The translations under genes and the position numbers were made by a program. 64,000 nt of DNA from Pelomyxa schiedti (Eukaryota; Protista; Evosea), in contig JAHLWZ010000812.1 in assembly GCA_020536535.1 (NCBI GenBank), positions 55,163 to 119,162 on the forward strand. The letters run 5' to 3'. Below the pieces are notes generated by a model. That model was not told the origin of the DNA. It worked only from the letters and a program-made list of their open reading frames with translations, and made no database searches. How positions within the stretch are numbered: the first letter of the stretch is position 1; the number at the start of each line of letters is the position of its first letter. Positions 1-16,342 of the stretch are shown here, in pieces.

Positions 1-821
1 GTTATGGTTGCCGTTGGTCGGCGGCCTGTGACAACTGATCTTGGATGCAAGGTATTGTGCTTGTAGTTTTGCTTTTCTCACACAATTAGGAAATGAATAT
101 TGCACTTGACCGAGGTGGACGCGTGGTAGTCAATGAGAAATTACAAACAAACATTCCATCAATCTATGCAATTGGGGACGTCATACAGGGGCCAATGCTG
201 GCACACAAAGCGGAGGAGGAAGGTTTGTTTTTCGTCACTTTCAATCACCTATTAAAGTCGCTCAGGGTTTACTTTGGTGGAGAGACTTGCTGGTCTCCAT
301 GCACATGTCAACTATGATGCCATCCCCTCAGTCATTTACACAAATCCAGAAGTCGCATGGGTTGGAATGACACAAGAGGAAGCAGCTGCCAAAAAAATTA
401 AGGTGAAAATTGGCCAGTTCCCTATGAAGGCCTGCAGTCGTGCCAGATGCATCGGTAGTTGCAGTTTTTAAACAACAAGAATTAATCAGTACAGATGAGG
501 TCGATGGCATAATCAAAGTAATTGCGTCAAGTGAAACTGACAAGCTTCTTGGTGCCCACATTATTTCTCCAGTGTGTTCAGCCTCCCCAAAACCAAACTG
601 ATCCACTTACCTCTGTAATTCCCAGGCGGCAGGTGAGCTTATTGCTGAAGCAACAGCAGCAATCGAAATGGGAATGACAAGCGCGCAGTTGGCAAGAGTC
701 TGTCATGCTCATCCCGTATCCTACCAACATCCTCATTTAATTTGCTTACCTTCTCTAGACACTTAGTGAAGCTCTTAAAGAGGCATCCCTTGCTGTAAGA
801 GATAAGGCCCTTCACCTTTAA
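1..821 (+). CDS. DLD: Dihydrolipoamide dehydrogenase (E3 / glycine-cleavage L protein), 3' part, multi-exon; 5' end lies outside the window
   Basis: Spliced exons give [50 protein letters not shown] and the C-terminal [13 protein letters not shown] motif. Stop TAA at 819-821. Confidence 0.96.
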
Positions 822-894
822 AACAAGAAACAAGTACCAATTCAATGTCCTTCCTCTATCTACAATTTTCTCTTTTTTTTTTCCTTTCAAAACA

Positions 895-3395
895 TTATCT
901 TCTTTTCTGGTAGAATAGTAGCACGGGGTGCTCATAGTGACGTGAATTCACAAATTCGTCCCAGCTTGCAGCAACCTCATGGCACACAGAATCATCAAAC
1001 TTCATCCAGTGTCTGCTTTTGTTCCTGCTTCTGCTCTCTGGGGAGAAGGAGAAAACGCTGTTGTAGTGCATCATCCAGAAACACAACATTCCTCTTAGAT
1101 CGTATAGTGCCGATTTGCCTTGAAAAATGTCCCCCAGTTGTAGGGTTTCCCCAATGGTCTGATAGAACTTCGTAATAGCTGCAAAGGTACTGTTAGAACA
1201 ATGAAAATAGTAAGGGAAAAAACAATAGGGTTCTGGGTGTGAAGTTGGCCACGTGAGTCCAACTGCAAGGACTTGAGGGTCCGCACTTTGATTCAAATAC
1301 AAATGAGTGTCAACTTTCCCGCGACAATTTCCCTTTTCACATGATAAGTTTAGATGGCTTAGCTCCCACTATCATACACAAGATGACAGCACTGTGTTGG
1401 TAGACTTAAGCATTGAGGCCATACCTTGGCCGTCATCACTTTTTTTTGAAGGAACTGAGTTTGTGAAAGGAAATGTATCTCATACCTGACGGTCGCGTAG
1501 ATAACCCAGGATTGATATTCGCGGAGTAAAGAACCGGCCCCTTCCGGACACTTAACTCCCGCTTTCGGGCATTCTCCCTGAGAGAGTGAGGAAATTCAAC
1601 TACGGATCTTTGAGCTTGTACCTTTTGCGTTAAGCGGAGACCAAAGATTGCGTGTGGGAGGCACTTGGCATTCTGGCATGGACCTGATGGGTTTTGTACC
1701 ACCATGCACCTGTGAAGGCAGTTTAAAATCGCTTCCTAACAAAAATTAATATCCAGTGCAAGATCGGCAGGAGAATACAAATGCTTCTCTTGCATCCTCC
1801 TGAATTCAGTAAGATAACAATTACATGAACGCCCGCACACAGTTTCTCCAAGCTGAAATCGTGCCTGCTGGCTGAAATGTGTACTTAGTGCTATCCTCAA
1901 CATAGAAGGAGAAACTGTTCTTGCTTGAGTTTCTTGAAACGACAAGAAAATTTCCTAGGAATTTGTGAGTAAAAACAGTTGAAGAACAATTGAGGCTTGC
2001 TTTTAGAGCGACGAAGATACTGTCAGAATAATGCTCCTTGAGAGCCAAAAAGGGCTCCCTAAAGCGGGATAAATTCCACAGAGATTGCACAACAACATTC
2101 AAGAAACAGTTGTTTTCGCCATTGTTTATAAGGCCAACATGTCTGGGCTCCATTGTCTGTCCCATAACCTCATCTGGCAAAAATGATTTCGCGTAACCAC
2201 CATTGCCTCCCGTAAAGAAGCAATTCGGTGCCTCTTGGTGAGTTGCTGGAGCTTCCTTAGGGGCACCAATCATGGAGAACTTGAGGTCATTATATCTATC
2301 AAATCCGCCTGGACAATTCTGAGCAGGGTTCGGTTTCATGTAGGGTTGTGGGTCAGTATCCGCTATTGGAGAAATAACATCCCCCCCTTTCATGGTCATG
2401 GTCATGGTCATGGTCATTGCCGCTGCGGCCATGTGTTCGGTGGCCTGTGGTTGCTGCACAATTTTTATCTTTGGGCGCGGCTTCGAAGGCTCGAAGGCCG
2501 GGGGAGGTGGTGCCGGCGGAACACTAGCTTCAACTGAAGTGGTATCGCGCGAACCAGGCTGTGCTTGGTTAGGTAGCCGAGCCCCCATTTCCACATTAGT
2601 ATTCGCGGCACCAGGAGCCTGAGCCTGAGCCTGGACTCGAACCTGGAGCGACTGCTGGTGCTGATTTTGATGCTGATTCTGCTGGACATTATTATCGTTT
2701 GGTGTGGCGACGGGCTGTTCCCATTGGGCGTTGTTCGCCACATCGGGGGGGATCTGGCACCGCGGGAGCTTCTGCCGAGTGAACTGCTCCTGGCCCGGCT
2801 GCGGGTTCGCATTCTGCCGCTCCTGCGGAATGTGAACCGCTGTCGGTGCGGGGGCTTGCCGCTGCTGCTGCTGCGGCGGCGGCGGCGGCTGTTGTTGGGG
2901 CCACACGGGGGTCTGGGCCGAGGGGGGCATGCGGCAAACCAGCGGCTGGGGGAGAAAGACGCCCTGCGGGGGAGAGGGACGGGTGGGGGCAGGGCCCTCT
3001 ACAGGGGCGCGCTGGGGCTGGGGCTGAGGTTGAGGTTGAGGCGGCAGGGCGAGAGAGGAAGGGGGAGGGGGCAGTAGAAGGAGGCCGGGGGGCGGGACGC
3101 GGGGCTGCGGGGTGGCCACGATCAAGGGGTGCTGCAGTGGCGGCTGGGCAATGGGCAATGGGGCCTTCTGCTGCTGTACCTGGGGCGGCGTCGGTGGCGG
3201 CCGCGACGGCGGGTGTTGCGAAACGTGCGGTTGTTGTTGCGGTGGATGTTGCTGGGGCTGTGGCTGCGGCTGGGACGGTGGTGGTGCATAGCACGACGGC
3301 GGTGGTGCGTTTTGGCTGGGGCGATAGTGGTACATGGGTGGTGGGAGTTGTTGCTGTTGCTGAGCTGGGGATCGCTGGTCTGGCGGTACGTACAT
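895..3395 (-). CDS. USP-family (USP53/USP54-like) ubiquitin C-terminal hydrolase with a long Pro/Gln-rich N-terminus
   Basis: Cys box GLINNGENNCFLNVVVQSLWNL; His box YDLRGMLCFWMMHY; WMKFDD...HPVLLFY at the C-terminus. ATG at 3395 (MYVPPDQ), stop at 895. Confidence 0.85.
2391..2417. repeat. Hexanucleotide tandem repeat (CATGGT)n encoding MTMTMTMT in the USP gene
   Basis: Directly visible: catggt repeated four times. Confidence 0.85.
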
Positions 3396-3620
3396 GGTTA
3401 TTGTACCAACAAACAACAACCCAAAATTACGAAAAGACGGCTGGCACGACCGAGATTTTCAAGTTGGGTTTGGGGGTGTTACTGGATTGAGAACAGTTTT
3501 CCTCCGTTGGAGTGCTGTAATCTCCCGACGGAACTACCACCTGCTCCCATGGCAAGCCGTCCACCAGAGAGTTCTCCCCAACTCATCTCTTACTGAGATC
3601 GCACCTCAGTAAACATCAAC

Positions 3621-4419
3621 ATGCAAAGCGATGTTGAGGGTCTTTGGCGAGTGCTGGACGAGATCGGCGCGGGGGCGTCCATGTTCCTGAACGGCGTGTA
3701 CGTGTCTGTCATTCTTGGGGCGTATTGCTTCCCGACCGACAATTTGTGAAGAAACTTTTCTCCCCCCCTTTGGCACTTGGTGACCCCAAAATTTGCAGGT
3801 CAGGGGTGCCCTTTAGTCAGTACACAGCAGAGCAAGCAGCAAGTACTTAATCCGTCGCCTCTTTCGTCTATTTCTATTCGCACAATTCTAACGTATCTTA
3901 CTACTATCCTAAAACACAATACAAAACTCAATAGAGCTAACAAGCACAAATCTCCTTCAAACAAACAACACCCCTACATACATACAAACAAAACCACCAC
4001 AACAACACAAAAAAGGTGACTTGGCGAGATTGCAGGTTCTTGCTACAGAATGTGAACGACTTGCTACCACGTCATCATTGGCACACCTCGAGATATGCCC
4101 GCAGTCAGGGGACGCCTCGTCGCTGGCGTCACCAACTGGCAACCTCTACACCGCATCGTACAGCACCGCCTCAGCAATCGACGTACTCACAGAGCAAAAC
4201 ATAGCCATGATGAAGGCCGACGTGGTCATGCGCGAAGGAATCAGGCGCGTGGCCACCGGTTCCTATGACAAGATTGACGCACTGCAGAAGCAGAAGAAAT
4301 CGGGCCCGACATTCCCTCCCAAGAGCGGACCGGTTTCATCAGCACCCTCCTCGTCAATGACTTCCACACAGCCTTCATCCTCACCCTTCGCTGCGCCTTC
4401 ACAACAAAGGCGAATGTGA
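3621..4419 (+). CDS. Hypothetical protein, 3 exons (approx. 3621-3697, 3799-3842, 4016-4419)
   Basis: Phase-consistent GT-AG splicing gives MQSDVEGLWRVLDEIG...SDLARLQVLATECERL...QQRRM*. No recognisable domain. Confidence 0.65.
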
Positions 4420-4598
4420 CACTTGGTATTTCGTGCTACACTTCAGCTTTTGGACTATTCCATGACAATTGACGATACTATCAATCAATGACCACAATTG
4501 GCGAATGCCACACCTTGGCTGATGCATTTGTTTCCTTCAATACCACAACAAAAAAGTCAATTTTTTTTTTACGTACATTATTTTGTTCTTGCACACCT

Positions 4599-5981
4599 TT
4601 ATGACAATGGGAGAGGAAATGTTGTTCTGCCCTGATTGATATTGGATGAGCCCCAGTGTGGGTCGAGAGAGTGGGCAATAAACTGGCGCACAACCCAGTC
4701 TACTCCTTGTGATATCTCCACCAGCATGTCACCAACTGAGTAGCCCTGAACTCGCCACGCAGAGCATTTGAGTGAGTGAACATCCATCACAACCGCTATC
4801 TCTTGAGGAGACAGGCAGTCGGGAAGGTCTTGCTTGGCCGCTGGATGGAAGTGAGAGAATCAACATTGAAGGAAGGGTACTGGAACACACCAAATATCAC
4901 AACTGGTATGAGAGGATATTTTGAATAATTGTTGTGCAAGCCCACAATGAGGTGAAGTGCCGCCTTCGCCTCTAATATTCTTTACAAAAAGTTAATGCAC
5001 AGGATACCAAAACAATGCGGAACGAAACCGATCTACATCCTGACTATCAACAAAGAAGAATAAAGCGTCGCAAGGGAAGTATTGTTGCCAAGTGGGGATT
5101 GTCTTATCACCTCCTCTGATATCTTAAGAGAAAGTACTGACACTAAACAAAAAGATTAACATCATACCTACTAGTTCGAGTGAACACTCGTATCCTAAAT
5201 GTTTCCAAGGTATAGTTTCTACGTTGTATGACATGGTAGGTATAGTGGTAACGTACTCATGTGTCTTTGAAAGTGAGTTCGAGAACACTTCACTTCATAT
5301 AACCTGAAGAAGATAAAGAGCAAATGTTTTTCCGGCGTTATCCAAGCCCAACATGAGAACCCTGACTCAACACTTAGAAGAAATACAGACGACTATAGAT
5401 AATAGACCACAGTCTTAAATATCTAAAGGGGAGTGACTACTTGGCTGAGAAAGGTTTTCTTTTCACTGAGGCTATCAATTTTGATATAAACCCTGGATTC
5501 TGCTTATCTTCCATCCTTTTCAGGGTTGATTTGCTCGCATGTTGTACTCGGAAGTATTCTTTAGTGTAAGATTTTGTATCTGCACAACAACAGCAGACAT
5601 GTCCTCTGCGCTGCTCAGCAGTGACGGGTGGAGTGGTCTTCCTATACCAGAAAAGTCTGTCCCTCATAGGCAAAGGAACAGAACCAGAGGGAGCGGAGCT
5701 TGCAGAACGAACAAGGGCAGAGAGTGAAGTGAGCCACAACTGACTTGGTCTAAACAAACCAGGAATTACCGCTTCGTAGTAAAGCCCAACCATGGTCTTC
5801 GCGGTCTCATGCCACTGTATGTCAGATGAACAAATACAACAGCACTGAAGAGCGACAGAAAAAGATGACGGTGCCGTATGTACGTTACCTTGGCACAAAC
5901 ACGCGACGCCTGAACAAGGTCCTTCTTCCCCAACCATAAAAACACCGCTCGTAAGACAAACACCTCACTCGTGAGATCCAT
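4599..5981 (-). CDS. F-box-like domain fused to an Arf/Arl-family small GTPase domain
   Basis: N-terminal MDLTSEVFVLRAVFLWLGKKDLVQASRVCAKWHETA (F-box pattern). Spliced downstream exons give KVLMLGLDNAGKT (G1), TTIPTMSYNVET (G2), VDIRGGDK (G3), FFVDSQDVDR, IFAAKQDLPDCLS (G4) and WRVQGYS...QGVDWV. Confidence 0.82.
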
Positions 5982-6538
5982 CCGTAATTCCCAAGTGCTG
6001 TGGTCGCAACACAAACGACAAGCCCGGAGATCTCGCGTGTTGTTTCCAAATGGAGATCTCCAAGTCGCTTTTCAAACAGATTTGTTGGAACGAACGGAAG
6101 CAGGCGAATAGTGTGTCCCGTTACAGCTAGGTAAAAGCGAAAATTTAAAAAGGAGAAGATCTGACCAATCATTTCTGTTTATTTAAACAAAATAAATACG
6201 GTGGGTGGTATTGATTGATGTCGCAAGAAAGTATGTTCACGCCATGTCCGCTACGAAACCCAACAAAAACAAGAGCATTTGATGGGCCTATCGAAGGCTC
6301 TTTATTGGTTTTTTGTTTTGAGAAGGAAAAAGAACAGCCCAAGAACCAAACCTAGCGGGTGGTTGGTTCTTTCGCTGCTTTTTTTGTTTGTAGCAGTAAC
6401 AATTAGAGCACAAAAGGACAAATTTTTTAAAAAACAAAAGACGTGTTGCGTCGCTCACGGCGCTCATTAAATCGCATTTTTATTTTCTTTTTTACACAGC
6501 GTAAGTGCTTGTTGTTTCTAACATTTATAAAAAAAAAG

Positions 6539-9500
6539 ATGTTGTGGATAGGGTGATTGGTATACTTCAGGCGCAATCTGAGAAGTTCTCCTCTCAACTC
6601 CAGCAAATGCACGAATTGCTCCAATATCACGTGACTTTGGCTGGTGAGGGTGTTTTCCAGAAGCAAGGTGGAATTGCTGGTCTCACTTCAGGCCTGTGGT
6701 ATACTTCTCTCCAAGGTATCTTAGAGATTCCAATATTTTGTATTGCCAGCTTCTAACCCTGTGATTAGGCATCTTAGGTATTTATTCTCTCAGTCTTCCT
6801 TCCTGAAATTAAAGTGAAAAAGAACCAGGTTCAGAAATATGCTCTCCACCACCTTGTGTGAATCAGATTGCTGACCCTAATGATATTATTACCTTTCAAC
6901 TACCTCAACCTCAACAACCCCAACAACCTAGTGCAGCAGCTACAGGGATGGACATCAGTACTATCAAAGCACAATTGTTATCAGCAGGTCCACAAGAAAA
7001 ACGAGGAGCTATTGCCTTGCTCGAAAAGGCACCAACAGCAGATTTAGTACAGTTAGGTTTTCTTCTTCCTTTTTACCTAAGAGCCGAAACTTATCGTTGT
7101 CCGATTTTAGATGTGCCCACCCTGAAATTTTGTCTGCAATTTTGAACTGGATTCACCCAACAGGAGCTGAACCCCTAGAGACCTCTTTGCTTGTGGCTTT
7201 GCTAAAAGTACCCCAGTTAATTACCTTTTACAACTTAAAAGGATCAGGTGTTTGAGCGATTGAATTTATCTGTGGATGTTCTGCAAAAATGTCCTTTGGA
7301 GCAAGAAGTCAACCTTCTCCACAATCATTCAAATCCCCAAGTTAAACTACTATCAAAGGCATTAACACTAAAAATTCAAAGGATTCACCATCCAGGTGAC
7401 GAGTCCTCTCCACTGCGCTGTTACTAATCTTTGGTCAGATCTCAAAACAACTGCAAAGCCAAAAAAAGTGAATGGTCCCCCAAAAACGGGAGGTGCTGTT
7501 AGAAAGCGCACCACACAGTAATACTTTATTTCATTTTTATTAACCCCTTACTTTCTTGAAGGCCTGGAGAGGTTGAGCCTCCTCCCAATAAAAAAGGTAG
7601 AAATGATTTGAAGCAAGTACTAAACTTACCACTCTGCAGCCAATGTCAATACTATTGTCAAGCCCAAAGTAGCTACGATAAAGGCAGCAGCAAAAGTGGT
7701 ACCCAGCATGCCAAAGTTACGTGCCTCTGTCTCTCCTGCTGCAGCAGCTGTACAGCCCATTCATCCACCTGCCCCTATCAAGCACATTGACACCAAGAAA
7801 TTGAACAACAAACAGAAGGTGAAAAAACCAGAAGAAAAACCAGAAATAAAAAAAAATGATGTTGAGAAGAAAGCTGGGATTGCAAAAGTGTGTAATATCC
7901 CTGAAGTGAAAAAAATCTTATCATCATCAGGCACATGATGAATTTGATGCCCTTTTAACAGCTGATGACACTTCACCTGTTGCAGCGCGCTTGTCAAAAG
8001 TTTATGCACAACCAAAATGCAAATTAATCTCAACAACTGAAGTGTGTATGTTAGTTCAACTTCAAGATTAGTCACTCCTCGAAACCAAAGGAAAGAAAAG
8101 CACCTAAGAAAACAAGCTTTTACGAAGCCCAGCCTCTTTCTGCAGATGACATCCGTAAGGCCAAACAGAGAGCGTTGTATTCTGGGCAATCCGCTACACC
8201 GTCAAATACCACTACCCCCACATCTACACTCGCTGCATCACTGGCAGCGTCTCAGGAGAAAGATGTGAAGAGAACATTTGCAGGCCCCCAGCCTCCCCAA
8301 GTATCTCAGGTATGTGGCTGATATCCTATTTTCGCCCATGAATCACTCTCTATAAGACCGTAGAGTCCCCCAAGCCACTAGAAAAAAGCCCCGATTCTAC
8401 ACCAGAGAGAGATGATGATGAGGTATAATTTACTAAGCTTTCAAACATCTGAATTCTTCAAGGCGCCTTTATTTGGTAACCTGCCTAAAAAGAAGCGTGT
8501 CTCCTGGAATGAAGTGCTATTCGAAATTCAGGAGTATGACATCGACGAAGATGAAGAGGAAGTTACTAACTATACATCCTTTTTCTTGATACTCACAATG
8601 AATTAGCCTGCTGTGCATTACAGTTGCGAGGAGGCCCGGCAAATGGAAGCTGAAATGGAACGAAAATATATGAAACAACGATCTGAAGACATTCTCAATG
8701 CAGCAAAGCAAAACTTGGAACCCACTATTGAGTGGTACACACCGCCAGGTATTATGAAGTCCTTCTTTGAAAAGTCACACATCTCCAGCACTGGACCTCC
8801 CTCCGGTAACCAGGGGGCAAGACAGTATGGAAAAAACCACTCAATTGAGGCGTGAAAGCTCGTGCTTGATGGTTGTGTACGTTCGAGACGAGCAAATACC
8901 ACCAAGTCCAGCAGAACCAACCGTCCCAATCAAAGATTACTTCGACCAGGATGTTCGTATGATCCCCACTGAAGATCCACAAGAGGTAGCATCATTTTCG
9001 TGTTGTGAAGTTCTGATGTGCTAAGGCTTTGCAACGCTCACGTGGAATGCGTTCGTTAGCTGAGCCTCCTGCAGTTCAGCAACAACCACCACCATACTAC
9101 GGTATGTTTCTCCCTAATATTTGCATGCCAGTAATTTCACAAAGGTGCACCTACACCCCCTCCACACCAGCAGGGTCCTTACATGGGAGACGGATATATG
9201 CCACATATGCCACAAGTGTGCAACATCTGCCCTTCACTTTTTACTTTTAACTTGCGCACAGGGACCACATCCACACCCACAAAACATGCCACACCCATCA
9301 GCAGCTCTACCACCACCACCCCAACATTACCCCACAGATATGCCTGTAGACTACTACAGAAACCCAGCTCCGGTGGCGCCACCACATCCAAACATGAACA
9401 TGGGCATGAACATGCCACCGCAGCCCATGCCACCACACCCACAGCAGCCCTATTACCCCCCACAAGGAGGGCCCCCTCCAATGTACCCACCACCCACTTC

Positions 9501-9846
9501 CCCACCCTACAATCACATGGGTGGAATGCCACCCGGCATGCCACCCTCATATCCACCACCACATCAACAACCCCCGCTTGGTAGCGGTGGCTACCCACCA
9601 CATCAACCACAACAACCGGGCATGTCAAGCAACCCAGCACCACCGTTTGCATCACAACCCTTCAAACGCCTGAAAGAACCTTGCCGGTTTTTCTCAAGAA
9701 CAGGGGGCTGCCGCTCTGGGAACAACTGCCCCTACTCACACAATGATGCCAGTGGGTGTGATGTTAGGCAGACAATGCTTCGCAACATGGGGCAACCACA
9801 ACAACAAACCACAAGCCCTAGCAAAAAAAAGAAGTGGAACTCATAG
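6539..9846 (+). CDS. PNUTS/PPP1R10-like PP1 regulatory subunit; start codon unresolved
   Basis: Helical TFIIS-N-like region (LSVDVLQKCPL...NPQVKLLSKAL), PP1-docking KKKRVSW motif, PTIEWYTPP and PPSPAEP motifs, Pro-rich region, and a C-terminal CCCH finger CRFFSRTGGCRSGNNCPYSH. Confidence 0.82.
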
Positions 9847-10169
9847 GAACCCCCAAAATTCGAAATGAACTTCTCGAAACCAAGCCGGCAGCGGGTTTTG
9901 GAAAAAAAAATGAAAATTGTAAACCTGGCCGCATAGAACTTCCTTTTGACCATTGCCACTATAAACCTACCCCGCGGGGTACACAGGGCACGGGGGAGGC
10001 AAATCTCCGCTTCTTCTCCAGGCAACGATCACATCACCAAGCTGGAAAAGTTATTTCTACTGCGAAAGCAACAAAAAACATCGACACGAAAAGGGACGAA
10101 GCAAACAAGTTTTCTTCAACAAAAAGACACGAAAGATAGCAGCAGACAGATAGCAAGACAGAGGCCCTC

Positions 10170-13461
<3,292 letters not shown>

Positions 13462-13713
13462 CACCCCTTTCCCCTCTGTGAATATCCACAATGCCCTTTC
13501 CCCGAAATCACTCCAAAAAGCCCTTCGTGGCCCAGTGTCCGATTTCGCCCGTAAATACAAATAAAAAACAACAACAAATTTGACTGCAACAAAACAGCGG
13601 CAGCGGCAGGGGCGAGAAGTTGTCGAGCAGCGGCACCCTCAAGGGACAAATAAAAAAACAACAAAACCACCACCCCCCCAAACCACTACAATACACAAGC
13701 ACTCGTGGGTGGC

Positions 13714-16152
13714 ATGTCCAGTAACAACAGCGCCAGCCAGCAGCAGCAGCAACAAGACCAACCGCCACACGCGCCAACTGCCGCTGCCACTGCCACCACC
13801 ACCACGACCAGGACCACCAACACGGCGACAACCACGACGACCAGTACCACGACGCACCCGCCTCAGTACCAGCGGCAGCAGCAGCAGCAGCAGCATCAAC
13901 AGAACTCCACCACTGTGCATCAGCAGTACCCACGCCAGCCACAGCCGCAGCCGCAGCCGCAGCAGCATCAAGGTGTCGGCGTCGTTGGCCAACAACAGCC
14001 GCTGTCGATTACGAGTGTAGTCTCGGGATTCTGGCACCACAACCAAGTGCGTTGCCGCGACTATTCAACTATTCACTGCTCATACTGATTACCATATATA
14101 AAACATGGAGGAGAGGGGGAAAAAATCAGACTGATATATGCGTTTTATACATACTATTAAAAGGTGTAGAATGTAATAGTTCTAATACTGTTTATCTTGA
14201 TGCAGAGCACACCTGGGTCTGCCAAGGCTGTGCCTGGTACGGTTACTTCTCATAGTACCAATACAACAACGCCCAGAAATCCACCAGTCTCCACTGCAAA
14301 ACTCTCTCTTAGCATCACTCCCCCCCTTCCCAATGCAGAGCAACCACCGCCCTTGATTCCAGATTCTGGACCAACTTCCCATTTGGGAGGAGGAACAAAA
14401 ACCACAGTGTTGGCACCCGGCACAATCAAAGGAACAACACCCACAGCTGCACCAGCTACCGTTGCACAACACACGGCTTTACCTTCACGAACACCTCCCT
14501 CAAGTACTCCGGGTACACATTTGACTCCGACTTCACCATCAACAAGCTCCATGTCATCTGCAAGTGCTTCAGCATCAACCGGCACATCGGCTTCATCCTC
14601 CACTTCCTCTTCATCTCCAAGGCAACACTCGCCAACTCTACGTGCATTATCCAGTTCGCCACCTATATCAACAAAGCCAGCTTCCTCTGGCCGCACCCTC
14701 AATCCCAAGAAATTCCAAGGCTTATTGGCTGATCCACTACTAGACATGGGTACTTTTTTTTTTTTTGGTCGTTTTAACATAACTGGAATGTTAGCATCAC
14801 TGAGATCGGCTTGTTGGCGAGGAGTACCACCAGAATTCAGACACACAATATGGAAAATGTTACTGGTATATTTATATTTAACCTCTTGTCCCTGCGCTCA
14901 GTTCAAACAGGGATACCTCCCCATCAAACTCGATCGTAGAACAGATACTCTCCGCCGAAAACGGAAGGAGTACCATGAATCCCTCAGACCATATTACACC
15001 GAAGAGCACAATACTCAAGATCAATCCGTAATACAGCAGGTTTTTGTCCACTCTCAAACGCTATATTAATTGTCGTTGCAAACTTCTCTTCAATTCACAC
15101 ATGCTGTTTTAACTAATGTAGATAAGGATTGATCTCAAGCGGATGTATCCACATATTCCTTTGTATCACAATGACACTGTTTTCACCATCCTTGAGGCCA
15201 TACTGTATGTGTGGGCAAATAGGCACCCTGCTAGTGGTTACGTGCAGGGAATCCATGACTTGAGTTCCCCAATTATTGTTGTAATGCTGTCTGAATATAC
15301 TGGTAGCAAAACAGACTCAACTGAAAAAGAAAAAAAGCACTAACACTGGTTGTTAGCGGTTGATTTATCACATTTGGAGAGGACAAACTTGGAAAGTTTG
15401 TCCACCCAAAATTGGTTGGACATAGAAGCTGATTCTTACTGGTGCTTGTCCAATCTGCTTGATGGAATACAACAGAATTACACCTTTTCCCAAATTGCGA
15501 TACAGAAGTCAATCTTTAAGTACAACTCCTTCCTTTGTTACAACACAATTCACAGTCTTTGCTAGTTTACAGCAGTTGATTTTCAAAATTGATGGTTCGA
15601 GCTCAATATACCTTCCTGATTCTCACCTTTAACAGAGCCACTGGCCAAACATCTAGATGCCCAGGGTGTTTCTTACATCCATTTTGCTTTCAGGTAACCT
15701 CTCGTTTTGAGTATTTTTATTCAATCCCAATATAGATGGTTCAACTGCTTACTACTACGCGAGTTACCTCTGCATGTTGTTGCCAGAGTATGGGATACCT
15801 ACATGTCCGAGGATGATTGTAGTGGTTTTGCTGTATTACACGTGTATATGTGTGCAGCATTTCTCAAGTTTTGGTCATCCCAGCTCAGGTCCTCTTTTTC
15901 CACCTCATCCTTATGCAATGTGGCAATACTTATCTCCCCACAGGAAAATGGACTTTGGTGAATTGTTGATATTTTTACAAAATCCACCAACTGCAGACTG
16001 GGATGAGTCCTCTGTTGAAATTCTGCTGTCAGAAGCGTGTGTAACCCCACCACCCCAACTCTCATAATTCGAGTTAACTGAGCCTACTTCTCAACAGATT
16101 CATGTTCCAATCGCTGTACCACAATTCACCCAAACACTTGGAGACTCACTAA
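13714..16152 (+). CDS. TBC1D22: TBC1D22/Gyp1-like Rab GTPase-activating protein
   Basis: CWRGVPPEFRHTIWKMLLGYLP, IRIDLKR (Arg finger), HPASGYVQGIHDL (Gln finger), IEADSYWC, FAFRWFNCLLLRE, VWDTY, LHVYMCAAFL. Confidence 0.93.
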
Positions 16153-16342
16153 CAACAATCGTCACAAAAAAAAAGTATTGCCTCTGTTGTGGGGGTTTTT
16201 GCTCTTTTTCGTTCGGGGATCACTTTCTCGGAATTGTTTTTCACAACCTCTCGCACCCAGACGTCTTTTCGCCAAAGACCAAAAAAAACAGAAAAAGAAA
16301 AACCCGGGCAACAACAAAGCAAAGATCGGAAACTAGGTCGAG

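Noticed and set aside
3621-4419. Possible small Mediator-type subunit
   Set aside because: Only general helical character and size fit; there is no diagnostic motif.
13714-14000. PolyQ/CAG and ACC-rich tracts as repeat elements
   Set aside because: Ordinary coding low-complexity sequence at the start of the TBC1D22-like gene.
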